64,000 nt of DNA, from assembly GCA_052279835.1 (NCBI GenBank), contig CP181291.1:6278703-6342702 (forward strand). Reading direction: 5' to 3'. Source of the stretch: Microcoleus sp. (GTDB lineage Bacteria; Cyanobacteriota; Cyanobacteriia; Cyanobacteriales; Microcoleaceae). Below are positions 1 to 9,375 of the stretch, piece by piece (position 1 is the stretch's first letter; every line of letters starts with the position of its first letter). Under the pieces are notes generated by a model. The model saw nothing but the letters and a program-made list of their open reading frames with translations, had not been told where the DNA came from and ran no database searches. The translations under genes were made by a program, and so were the position numbers.

Positions 1-167
1 TAGAAAGACTCTGTGAAGTAGTTTCTCAAAACTGGCATCGCAGCGCCGAACAAATCAAGCAAGCCACCATCGATGATTTGCGAAAATTTATGGGAGAAGA
101 AAAGGTACTTGATGACATTACCTTGGTGGTTCTCAAGCAAAAAAAGTTAAGTTATGTAAATAAGTAG
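1..167 (+). CDS. 3' end of SpoIIE/PP2C-family phosphatase (truncated by window edge)
   Basis: Frame from nt 3 reads ERLCEVVSQNWHRSAEQIKQATIDDLRKFMGEEKVLDDITLVVLKQ... to TAG at 165-167; near-identical to 3400-3540. Confidence 0.9.
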   Translation, partial: ERLCEVVSQNWHRSAEQIKQATIDDLRKFMGEEKVLDDITLVVLKQKKLSYVNK

Positions 168-208
168 GCGTTGTAAAACACCAATATGTAAAAGATTGTA
201 AAGGAGCC

Positions 209-238
209 AAATCCCTTACAACTAGGGGATTTATTTTT
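209..238 (+). terminator. Possible intrinsic terminator hairpin
   Basis: aaatccctta-caac-taggggattt followed by T-rich run. Confidence 0.35.
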
Positions 239-285
239 GATATGCTATGTTAGGATGGCAGATACTAAATAGGATGGTAAATACA

Positions 286-1272
286 ATGAATAAACAAAAA
301 AAGAAAGTCATTGTCGATACAGACATGGGATGGGATGATTGGCTAGCCATTCTTTTTTTAATGCAACATCCCGATATAGAAATCCTGGGACTAACTGTTA
401 CCGGTGTTGGGGAGGCTCACCTCACCCCAGGAGTCAAGAATGCACGCAATTTGCTAGAACTAGGAGGGAAGGGCACAGTACCAGTGTGTGCGGGGACGAA
501 CCAGCCACTAATTTATAGTAACGTATTTCCTCCAGACTTTCGCAAAAAAATCGACAGTATTTTTAACCTTAATTTGCCTGTTAATCCACACCCCCTCGAT
601 CGAAGATCCGCCGTTACTTTTTTTCATGAAACCTTGAGGAATTCCCCAGATAAAGTTACTATTCTCTCGATTGGTGGCATGACTAATTTAGGAAATTTTA
701 TCCGACAATACGGCGATAAATTGAATTCAAAAATTGAAAGGATATTTATCATGGGTGGTGCCATTGATGTAAGAGGTAATGTCGCAGATTTTGAGGGTTA
801 CTACCCTACTAACCAAACCGCTGAATGGAATATATTCATCGACATTCTCGGAGCAAAAATCGTTATGGAATCTGCTATACCTCTCACTTTTGTCCCCCTA
901 GATGCGGCCTATCAAGTAGAATTGACCTTGGATTTTGTGACTGAATTTGCTCGAGCAGCCAAAACCCCCTGTGCAGAGTTTGCTAGTAAAATCATGATTG
1001 CGAAACTAGGTCAGGACATGAGTGCTGGTTTTCAGGAGTATTTCTACGATCCCCTCGCAGCAGCCGTAATGGCTGGTACTGTCAACTTAGTGACAAAAAC
1101 TGAAACTAAAAAGTTGAAGGTAGTTCAAGAATTGAATCAAGAAGACGACCATTCAGGACAACTAATACATGATTGTTGCGCCAAGAGTGTTCAAGTCTGT
1201 ATGTCCGTCGATAGCAACGTTTTCCAAAATGTTTTTAAGAATATCCTGAACCAGGAAAGTAATCTTGTTTAA
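286..1272 (+). CDS. Nucleoside hydrolase (IUNH family), purine-preferring type
   Basis: N-terminal DTDMGWDD Ca-binding motif, IMGG, AEWNI, and FYDPLAA; ATG at 286 preferred over ORF start 247. Confidence 0.9.
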   Translation: MNKQKKKVIVDTDMGWDDWLAILFLMQHPDIEILGLTVTGVGEAHLTPGVKNARNLLELGGKGTVPVCAGTNQPLIYSNVFPPDFRKKIDSIFNLNLPVNPHPLDRRSAVTFFHETLRNSPDKVTILSIGGMTNLGNFIRQYGDKLNSKIERIFIMGGAIDVRGNVADFEGYYPTNQTAEWNIFIDILGAKIVMESAIPLTFVPLDAAYQVELTLDFVTEFARAAKTPCAEFASKIMIAKLGQDMSAGFQEYFYDPLAAAVMAGTVNLVTKTETKKLKVVQELNQEDDHSGQLIHDCCAKSVQVCMSVDSNVFQNVFKNILNQESNLV

Positions 1273-1397
1273 TGTATAAAGTTTTTACTCCTGGTTTCTA
1301 GTCTGCACCCCCAAAAATCCCGATGGCATTTTACAACTAATCACTCCTAACGAATCTACTTTTAACTGTCCATTTTTTGCTAGGAATTTTTATAACT

Positions 1398-3563
1398 ATG
1401 GTTTCTCAAAAAACAGGGATAGATAAAAATATCCCTAGGAAAGGCTCTTTCGGCAAATTCAGCCTCCGCACCACCCTCGTCGTGCCTTTTGTTTTACAAA
1501 TTTTTGCTGCTGTTGGTCTAGTGGCTTATCTGTCATTCCAAAGCGGACAGCAGTCTGTTAATGAAGTCGCTTATCAACTACGCCGGGAAGTATCAAACCG
1601 CATCAAACAAAATTTAGAGAACTATCTTAAAACCCCTTACTTAATTCATAAAATTAACTTGGATTCCCTGGAATTAAAACAGATATCTCTGCAAGATATT
1701 CCAACTTTAGAAAGACATTTCTGGAAAAAAATTAATCAATTTTCCGAAATAGGTTTCATTGGCTACGCTTCAGACCAAGGTGAAATGTTGGGGATGGAAC
1801 GACTAGATAATGGGCTAATAGAAGTCAATTTGATGGAAAATTCCAGTCCCGGAAATCTTGGTATTTATACAACCGATAAGCAGGGAAATCGAATCGCTCT
1901 CCGAAAAGTTATTCCTAATTTTATTAACAACAAACGTCCCTGGTATCAGAAGGCTGTTCAGTCAAAAAAAGCAACATGGAGCGATATTTTTATTTATCAA
2001 GGCACTCCGAGACCAGCGATATCTGCCGTTGTACCTGTTTACGATGGGGCTGGTCAGATCCAAGGTGTGCTGTTCAATGATTTTTTACTTTCCTTAATCA
2101 GTGATTTTTTGAAAACATTAAAAATAGGTAAATCCGGTCAAACATTCATTATTGAACGTTCAGGAATGTTGGTTGCTAGTTCGACAGAAAAGCCCTTTGT
2201 TATCAAAAACCAAAAAGCGAACGAACTTCAACAAATTCCGCAGCTACTCAGTGCAGTGGAGAGTAGAGATCCCCTCGTACAATTTACTACAAAATATCTA
2301 CTGTCACGCTTTCATAATTTCAATTCAATTAGGACTGAACAACAATTAGATTTGAAATTCAAAAATCAGCGATATTTTGCACAAATATCACCATTTCAGG
2401 ATGAGTACGGTCTGGATTGGCTGATTGTTGTCATAGTTCCAGAGTCGGACTTTATGGGTCAGATTGAGACGAATACTCACAGAACGATTATTTTATCTGT
2501 GGTTGCACTAATTGTGGCAATTACTCTTGGTGTTTTTTCGGCTCGTTGGATTGCTCACCCAATTTTTCGGATTACCCAAGCCTCCGAATATATAGCAGGT
2601 GGCAATCTCGATCAACACGTAAATGAATCTCACCCTATCGTGGAAATTAAAAAATTAGCAAATTCTTTCAATAGTATGGCAGGACAACTCAAAGATTCCT
2701 TTGAAACATTGGAAGATAAAGTTGAAGAACGCACTGCCGAACTAGCCCAAGCAAATCAAGAAATTTCTACCCTCAACCATCTCCTCAAAACCGAAAATAT
2801 TCACATGAGTGCCGAACTGGATCTCCTCAAGCAAATGCAGCAGTTAATTCTGCCAAAGCCAGCGGAACTTCAAGCAATAAAAGGCTTAGATATTGCGGGA
2901 TTTATGGAACCAGCGGATCGAGTAGGGGGCGATTACTACGACGTACTTTGTACTGACCAAGTTGTGACTATTTGCATTGGAGATGTTACAGGACATGGAT
3001 TAGAAAGTGGCATTTTGATGGTGATGACTCAAGCAGCAGTCCGCACTCTTCAGGAATTGCAAGAATCCGATCCCGTCCGTTTTTTAGATACCCTTAATCG
3101 CACCATTTACAAAAATGTCCAGCGCATGAAATCTGACAAATGTCTGACCCTCGCTCTGCTGAATTACGCCGACGGTAAAGTTAGTATTAGCGGTCAACAC
3201 GAGGAAATTATAGTGGTCAGAAAAGGTGGTCAGATTGAAAGAATTGACACAATGGATTTAGGATTTCCTATCGGCTTAGATGAGGATATTTTAGATTGGA
3301 TTAGTCAGGTTGTAGTAGACTTAGAGCCTGGTGACGGGGTAGTGCTTTATACTGACGGCATCCCCGAAGCCAGAAATATCGAGAAAGAATTCTACGGTAT
3401 AGAAAGACTCTGTGAAGTAGTTTCTCAAAACTGGCATCGCAGCGCCGAACAAATCAAGCAAGCCACTATTGATGATTTGCGAAAATTTATCGGAAAAGAA
3501 AAGGTACTTGATGACATTACTTTGCTAGTATTGAAGCAACAGGGAAATATTGTGCATAATTGA
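1398..3563 (+). CDS. Membrane Cache-HAMP-SpoIIE (PP2C) serine phosphatase
   Basis: Two TM segments around a Cache-like domain (RPWY), HAMP, then VGGDYYD, GDVTGHG, YTDG and DDIT PP2C motifs. Confidence 0.92.
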   Translation: MVSQKTGIDKNIPRKGSFGKFSLRTTLVVPFVLQIFAAVGLVAYLSFQSGQQSVNEVAYQLRREVSNRIKQNLENYLKTPYLIHKINLDSLELKQISLQDIPTLERHFWKKINQFSEIGFIGYASDQGEMLGMERLDNGLIEVNLMENSSPGNLGIYTTDKQGNRIALRKVIPNFINNKRPWYQKAVQSKKATWSDIFIYQGTPRPAISAVVPVYDGAGQIQGVLFNDFLLSLISDFLKTLKIGKSGQTFIIERSGMLVASSTEKPFVIKNQKANELQQIPQLLSAVESRDPLVQFTTKYLLSRFHNFNSIRTEQQLDLKFKNQRYFAQISPFQDEYGLDWLIVVIVPESDFMGQIETNTHRTIILSVVALIVAITLGVFSARWIAHPIFRITQASEYIAGGNLDQHVNESHPIVEIKKLANSFNSMAGQLKDSFETLEDKVEERTAELAQANQEISTLNHLLKTENIHMSAELDLLKQMQQLILPKPAELQAIKGLDIAGFMEPADRVGGDYYDVLCTDQVVTICIGDVTGHGLESGILMVMTQAAVRTLQELQESDPVRFLDTLNRTIYKNVQRMKSDKCLTLALLNYADGKVSISGQHEEIIVVRKGGQIERIDTMDLGFPIGLDEDILDWISQVVVDLEPGDGVVLYTDGIPEARNIEKEFYGIERLCEVVSQNWHRSAEQIKQATIDDLRKFIGKEKVLDDITLLVLKQQGNIVHN

Positions 3564-3722
3564 CGATCGCCTACGAGAGAGCAGCTTGAGAGGAGCGATC
3601 GGGGATTTGGGGGCGCAGAATGTCAGAAGCAACCGGATTTACCGATCGCATCGTGTAACCTCTAATAATTTACAGCTAGCGATTGAAACAATTTTTCGCT
3701 CCCAAGTTCGGGAGTATAAATT

Positions 3723-4958
3723 ATGACAACCCAGATAAATTTAGCACAATCTACATCTCCTGAAGAACTCAAGACTCAGCTACAAAGTTTAATGCAAAAA
3801 CTTGAAGAAGTCGAAGATGAAAAAAATAGCTATGAAACTTTAGTAGAAATTATTACCGAGCATTCCACGGATTTGGAAAACCAAATCCGTCATAATAATC
3901 GAGAGATGCAGACTTATATCGAGCAGGTAAAAAAGGTGATAGATGCAGCTATCGCTGTGAAAAACAACTGCTTTGAACCTCAGATATTGTCCGATGTCGC
4001 AGCGCGCAGTGATACGCTGGGAGAACTGGCACAGGTTTTTTCCCATATGGTGCAAACGGTGAAAGCGCGGGAACAGGAATTAGAGAAACTTTTGCAGGCT
4101 TACGGACGTTTTGTTCCCGATGAATTTCTGCAATTTCTGGGAAAGCAGAGCATTGTGGATTTCCAGCTTGGAGATCACGTCAGCAAAGAGATGGCTATCA
4201 TGTTTTCTGATATCCGTTCGTTCACCACAATGGCCGAGCAAATGACTGCTCAACAAAACTTTAACTTTATCAATAGCTATTTACAGCGAATTAGTCCCGG
4301 AATTCGGAATCACAATGGTTTTATTGTCAAGTATATGGGAGATGGAGTGATGGCAGTTTTTCCCGAAGGGGTTGATGATGCCATTCAGGCGGGAATTGTG
4401 AAGTTAGAGGAGTTGCAAAAATATAATCAAAGCCGTAAAATCAATGGAGAGATTCCGGTAAATATTGGCATTGGTATCCATGTTGGTGATACGATGGTGG
4501 GGATTATTGGAGAAGCAAATCGGATGCAAGCCGATGCGCTGTCCGATCATGTCAATATCACGGCTCGTCTGGAAGGTTTGACTAAGTATTATGGCGTATC
4601 TTTATTAATTTCAGGAGAGGTGGTACAACGTTTGAGTCAACCGTCCAAGTATCATATTCGCTTTTTGGATCGGGCGATTGTGAAAGGTAGACAAGAACCG
4701 ATTACTGTTTGTGAGGTGTTAGATGTTGAAGTAGAACCAGTGCGATCGCTCAAAATTCTAACTTTGCCTATTTTTGAGGATGGACTAGAACAATATTGTC
4801 AGGGAAACTTTGCTAATGCCAAGGTTTGTTTTGAAAAAATTGTGGCGTTAAATCCCGATGACAAACCCAGCCAAATTTATCTAGAACGCATCCAAGCACT
4901 TTTAGAAAATAGTATTCCGGCTAATTGGAATGGCGTGTGGAAATTTACCCAGAAGTGA
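3723..4958 (+). CDS. Class III adenylate/guanylate cyclase with N-terminal coiled coil and C-terminal TPR-like tail
   Basis: FSDIRSFT, KYMGDGVM, GIGIHVG, SDHVNITARLEG. Confidence 0.92.
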   Translation: MTTQINLAQSTSPEELKTQLQSLMQKLEEVEDEKNSYETLVEIITEHSTDLENQIRHNNREMQTYIEQVKKVIDAAIAVKNNCFEPQILSDVAARSDTLGELAQVFSHMVQTVKAREQELEKLLQAYGRFVPDEFLQFLGKQSIVDFQLGDHVSKEMAIMFSDIRSFTTMAEQMTAQQNFNFINSYLQRISPGIRNHNGFIVKYMGDGVMAVFPEGVDDAIQAGIVKLEELQKYNQSRKINGEIPVNIGIGIHVGDTMVGIIGEANRMQADALSDHVNITARLEGLTKYYGVSLLISGEVVQRLSQPSKYHIRFLDRAIVKGRQEPITVCEVLDVEVEPVRSLKILTLPIFEDGLEQYCQGNFANAKVCFEKIVALNPDDKPSQIYLERIQALLENSIPANWNGVWKFTQK

Positions 4959-4986
4959 CCTAAAAAAATAATTGGAGGGAGACAAT

Positions 4987-5598
4987 ATGACATCTGGAAG
5001 CTTGGAGAAAGGGATAGAAATTTTTGGAGAATTTATCGAGGAGTTTCCACCGGATCATGACTCCCTAGAACTTACATTTACTCCCAGTTCTCGCCCCATC
5101 AAGCAGCGCTGGCGAAACAATCGGGTATCTGCTCATTTTGTAGCAGATTATTTGTCTAGTTTTTTACCAGTGGACGAGCAGAATTTTAGCAGCGAAAAAC
5201 GAATTAAACAAAGCAAAGGAGCCGTGAGCTATATTGCTAATGAACTGTTAGAAAATGCTATAAAATTTAGTGATGATGACTGTAATCACAAGGTAAGGTT
5301 TGGGATTCACTTTATAGGAGAAGATGATGTAACAGCGGTGATTTATGCCACGAATTATGTGAAGGAAGCAGCAGCTCATAAATTGCAGGAATTCATTAAA
5401 GAACTGCTGATTTCTGACTCTAATGAACTCTATTTACAGCAGCTTGAAAAAAATGCTGAAATAGAAAGTGAAACATCGGGATTAGGATTGCTGACGATGA
5501 TTAATGACTATGCTGCTAAGATAGGTTGGAAATTTGAGTCGATAGCCGATAGTGTCCCTATGCTCGCTATTACGACCCTCGTTCAAATTAGTGTTTAG
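4987..5598 (+). CDS. slr1658-like / SiaB-like HATPase (anti-sigma-type kinase) regulator
   Basis: NELLENAIKF N-box, SGLGLLTM G-box, RWRNN motif; sits directly before a STAS-like gene. Confidence 0.8.
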   Translation: MTSGSLEKGIEIFGEFIEEFPPDHDSLELTFTPSSRPIKQRWRNNRVSAHFVADYLSSFLPVDEQNFSSEKRIKQSKGAVSYIANELLENAIKFSDDDCNHKVRFGIHFIGEDDVTAVIYATNYVKEAAAHKLQEFIKELLISDSNELYLQQLEKNAEIESETSGLGLLTMINDYAAKIGWKFESIADSVPMLAITTLVQISV

Positions 5599-5632
5599 TA
5601 TAGCCAGAATTAACTCAGGAAACCACAAAAAC

Positions 5633-5986
5633 ATGGATATTCAAGAACTTAAAGGTCAAGACTATTTTATTCAATACGATCCAGAATCGGTGACAGTCTG
5701 TTTCAAAGGCGAACTCAGCTTAGATGGAGCCTCAGATTATAAGCCAATAGTTGATTTATTAGATGAGATTGCTAGTTTAGAACCTCCTCACATTACTTTG
5801 AACCTCAAACAACTGGAGTTTCTTAACAGTTCTGGTATTAATATGCTCTCCAAGTTTGTCATTAGTGTGCGGAAAAAGAAAACGATTGAACTGTTGGTAA
5901 CAGGTTCAAATGATGTTCCTTGGCAACAGAAATCTCTCAAGAATTTAGAAAAGTTGTTGCCAACCTTGAAGCTGCAATTGGAGTGA
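5633..5986 (+). CDS. slr1659-like / SiaC-like STAS-type anti-anti-sigma regulator
   Basis: LEFLNSSGI phosphoacceptor motif and WQQKSLKN; ATG at 5633. Confidence 0.82.
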   Translation: MDIQELKGQDYFIQYDPESVTVCFKGELSLDGASDYKPIVDLLDEIASLEPPHITLNLKQLEFLNSSGINMLSKFVISVRKKKTIELLVTGSNDVPWQQKSLKNLEKLLPTLKLQLE

Positions 5987-6000
5987 TTTTTGTTAATGGT

Positions 6001-7380
6001 TTAAGTTTGTTGCACAGGCAATTCAATGATAAATTCTGTTCCCTGAGACGGTTCTGACTCGCACCGCAGAATGCCACCGTGGTTTTCTACTAAAATTTTA
6101 TAGACTATCGACATTCCTAAACCGGTGCCTTTACCGATTTCTTTAGTTGTAAAAAACTGCTCGAACATTCGTTCTTTTACGTCAGCCGTCATTCCCGCTC
6201 CTGTGTCAGCAATGCGGACGATAACTCGATCGCTTCCTGCTAGCTCGGTACGGATATAAATCTTTAATAAAGCATTTGGTCGTTCTTCTGCTGCTTCTTC
6301 CAAAGCATCGATCGCGTTGCTAATCAAATTCATAAATACTTGATTTAGTTGTCCGGCATAACACTCTACAGAAGGCAATTTTCCGTAATCTTTAACTACT
6401 TCTATATCACGACCAATTTTTTTAGAATTCAGACGGTTTCGCAAAATTAACACGGTGTTTTCAATGCAGTCGTGCAAATCGCATTGGGTCATGTTAGTAT
6501 TATCAGTCCGCGAAAAGTTCTGCATCGATTTGACTATTTCGCGGATTCGATCGGAACCCATTTGCATCGAAGACATCACTTTCGGCAAGTCTTCCACTAA
6601 AAAATCTAGCTCCATTTCTTCGATTTGATATTTTATTTCATCACAGGGATTAGGATAGTTTTCTTGATAGAGACGCAGTAGGTGTAGCAAATCTTGAGTA
6701 TAAACTTCTACATAGCTCAAGTTGCCGTAAATAAAACTAATGGGGTTATTAATTTCGTGGACAATACTAGCCATTAGTTCTCCCAGAGAAGACATTTTTT
6801 CGCTTTGCAGGAGTTGAGCTTGAGTTTCTTTGAGTTCGCACAGGGTGCGCTTGAGTTCATCGGCTTGAGATTCCGAAGTAGCCCTAGCACTACAACTTTC
6901 TTGATAAAGTTCAACTTGTCTGAGATCTACTTCAAATTGTTCCATTTCGCTTTCTTCTTGATATTGGCTCACCACTGCATCAAAAGCTGCGAGCAGTTCG
7001 CCGGAAGCGGAGGCTACAATGTACAGTAGGTGAGGATTATCTGGCTTCAGGTCGGCATCTGGAACCTGTACTAATGCTCTTATGCGATCGATATATTCGC
7101 GCACCTGTTTATCTAAATACAGTGGCGCTTCAAAATACATTGATTTGACAACGGGTGAAGGGGGAGTTAATAAGTTGATACTGGTGTCAGTGTGGATTAA
7201 CCCACGGTGAGATTTTTCCATAAGAGCGATCGCCTCTAGCAATTGAGTCCGCAATGTTTCTCTTTCTGCCGTTTCTAGAGAGCAAACCAACCTCATGGCA
7301 AAAAATGCCGTTTTTTGAGAAAGCATTCGCTGTCGCCCACTGACGTTAATCAGAGCAGCGCTAATTTTTCTAGCGGTCAT
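6001..7380 (-). CDS. Histidine kinase with PilJ/NarX-like N-terminal four-helix sensor
   Basis: INVSGRQRMLSQK P-box-like motif, HEINNP H-box, NAIDA, DTGAG, GTGLG; start M40 of the ORF preferred. Confidence 0.88.
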   Translation of the reverse strand: MTARKISAALINVSGRQRMLSQKTAFFAMRLVCSLETAERETLRTQLLEAIALMEKSHRGLIHTDTSINLLTPPSPVVKSMYFEAPLYLDKQVREYIDRIRALVQVPDADLKPDNPHLLYIVASASGELLAAFDAVVSQYQEESEMEQFEVDLRQVELYQESCSARATSESQADELKRTLCELKETQAQLLQSEKMSSLGELMASIVHEINNPISFIYGNLSYVEVYTQDLLHLLRLYQENYPNPCDEIKYQIEEMELDFLVEDLPKVMSSMQMGSDRIREIVKSMQNFSRTDNTNMTQCDLHDCIENTVLILRNRLNSKKIGRDIEVVKDYGKLPSVECYAGQLNQVFMNLISNAIDALEEAAEERPNALLKIYIRTELAGSDRVIVRIADTGAGMTADVKERMFEQFFTTKEIGKGTGLGMSIVYKILVENHGGILRCESEPSQGTEFIIELPVQQT

Positions 7381-7592
7381 AATTTCTTCAAGATTGAAGT
7401 AGTTTTTGAATGCCACGATAGGTAATACCTCCGACTCAACTGAATGTCTGTAACTCCTGGTCGCAGAAGATATGGTCATCATAAAAAATGTTTTCACTAT
7501 ACTGTCAAAAATATAGTCCCTAGGTGGATCTTTAAGTAGTATAATTAGTCACAGTTTTTCAGTCAGTATTACAATCTATGTTTTTACAGGAT

Positions 7593-8408
7593 CTAGGTCA
7601 ATTGCTCAAAAAATTTTCCCATCAGATTTGCCATCATTTCTGGTTGAGTTTGGGGCAACCCATGAGTCCCGTTGGGAATAATAGCTAATTCTGCTTTTGG
7701 TATTTCCTTGGCGTAGGTTTGAGAATGCCACAGAGGAATTGTTTCGTCGTTATCTCCGGTAATTACTAAAGTGGGAATTGGCAATTTGTGAATGTCTTTT
7801 TCCACGGTATCAATGGCGTCTTCCGGGCGCATCCGACTCATTAAAAAAGAGCGAGCTACTGGTTGAGACATTAACTCCCGCCGCCAACCCCATATTTGCT
7901 GTAATTCGTTACTTTTTCCGGCTAAATTAGCAAAAGGTTTTGCCAATTGTAGAGTCCAATCAACGATCGGCGTTTGCCACAGTAGGGGCCGCAAAGCATC
8001 ATATTGACCGCAAAAACTGTCGTCTCGAATTCCAGCAGGCGCTGCTAACACTAAACTGCTGACGGAATTTGTGTATTTGAGAGCATAGGCAGCCGCCACC
8101 CAACCCCCAAAAGAATGTCCGATAATACAGCAGGGTTCGATATTTAGTTGTTCTACAACTTGTCGCACAAAAGCAACCTCTACGGAAACATCGTAACAGA
8201 TTTCTGGTTTGCTAGATTCTCCAAAACCTAACAAATCTAAACTGATGCAGCGAAACTGAGATTGCAATAACTCAATGAGTGGGAGCCAGCAAGTCTTTTC
8301 TCCAAAGAAACCGTGCAGCATTAATAACGGTTGCCCGCACCCGATGTCGAGGTAAGTGGCTTGTTGGGTGTTGCCATTGACAAATGTACTCAAAGTGTGC
8401 TTCTGCAT
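7593..8408 (-). CDS. Alpha/beta hydrolase
   Basis: LHGFF, GHSFGG nucleophile elbow, late Asp and His. Confidence 0.9.
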   Translation of the reverse strand: MQKHTLSTFVNGNTQQATYLDIGCGQPLLMLHGFFGEKTCWLPLIELLQSQFRCISLDLLGFGESSKPEICYDVSVEVAFVRQVVEQLNIEPCCIIGHSFGGWVAAAYALKYTNSVSSLVLAAPAGIRDDSFCGQYDALRPLLWQTPIVDWTLQLAKPFANLAGKSNELQQIWGWRRELMSQPVARSFLMSRMRPEDAIDTVEKDIHKLPIPTLVITGDNDETIPLWHSQTYAKEIPKAELAIIPNGTHGLPQTQPEMMANLMGKFFEQLT

Positions 8409-8526
8409 TGTTCTTGACTCCTGGTACTGGAGGGATGTTTGTAAACTATTGTTACCATACAAGCATCCAAAGGTTAAACTTCATTACGGAGTGGAAAATC
8501 CAAAAACTATTGTGATAGTCTCTATT

Positions 8527-8766
8527 ATGATTTTAAATACTGCAAACATAAAGCAGGAGAACACTTTGAACTCCAACTTAAAACAATACCCAGCTTGTTC
8601 GCTGCGCGAAGATGTGAGTGAGTACGTGGCACACCTACAGCTTCACATGACTTTACAGGCTCGCAACTTACTCCCTACCATTACACAGGCTAAGGACAGT
8701 CGCGAACAACTTTTGCAGCAGACTCAGGCTCATTTTGAGAAACGAGTATCTAGACAAGCTCTTTAA
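8527..8766 (+). CDS. Small hypothetical protein
   Basis: 79-aa helical ORF (YVAHLQLHMTLQARNL) divergent from the hydrolase; start uncertain. Confidence 0.6.
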   Translation: MILNTANIKQENTLNSNLKQYPACSLREDVSEYVAHLQLHMTLQARNLLPTITQAKDSREQLLQQTQAHFEKRVSRQAL

Positions 8767-8864
8767 ATCGTAAGTTGACGATCGCCCAATTTGATTCGGT
8801 GTCCCTGGATTTAGATCCGGGGTCAATTTATAAAATCTACAATTCAAAAAATCTCCAATCTCAC

Positions 8865-9284
8865 CAAAAAACGAGCGAGAAGCCCCTGGCTTTAGACATG
8901 GGGAGGAAAGTGGCTGCGGTTTCAACCGCCTTCAATATTTCCCGCTCTAACTGATTGGAAAGTTGAGTTAGAATATATTGTAAGTAAGACAACCATCTAC
9001 GTGTTGAAACATTCTAGTATCGGAGAAATCCCGGCGAGCGTGAGCCACCACACTCCTCAAGGAGTAGTAAGCCTGTATAACTGACAAGTAATGGCAGAGT
9101 GTGAAGCGTACCTATCTGGCGTTGTGATGGTCTATGAAAACAAACACAATTTAAAAGTAAGCGCAATTGCAATATCTTTTATAAGGGTAGTTGTTTTGAG
9201 CGTGTAGAGGTGATTTGATAGCACCTTTGAGAGTTTTCGGATTCATTCAAGAATCCCCGTGGCTTCAGCCCTGGGGAGTATCAA
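8865..9284 (+). mobile_element. Non-autonomous IS200/IS605 mini-element (no tnpA or tnpB)
   Basis: TCAC target at 8861-8864, left-end hairpin GAAG-cccctggctttagacatgggg, right-end hairpin GAAT-ccccgtggcttcagccctgggg, ends at TCAA 9281-9284. Confidence 0.82.
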
Positions 9285-9375
9285 ATCCATTGACGATCGC
9301 CCGGTTTCTATGATGGCATACGCATAGTGGTCGGTTTTCGGTAATATGCGGTGGATGTGTGAAAAATAGATTTTT

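Noticed and set aside
8668..8925. 85-aa ORF, and likewise ORFs at 37176-37428
   Set aside because: They cross IS-end hairpins and have no coding features
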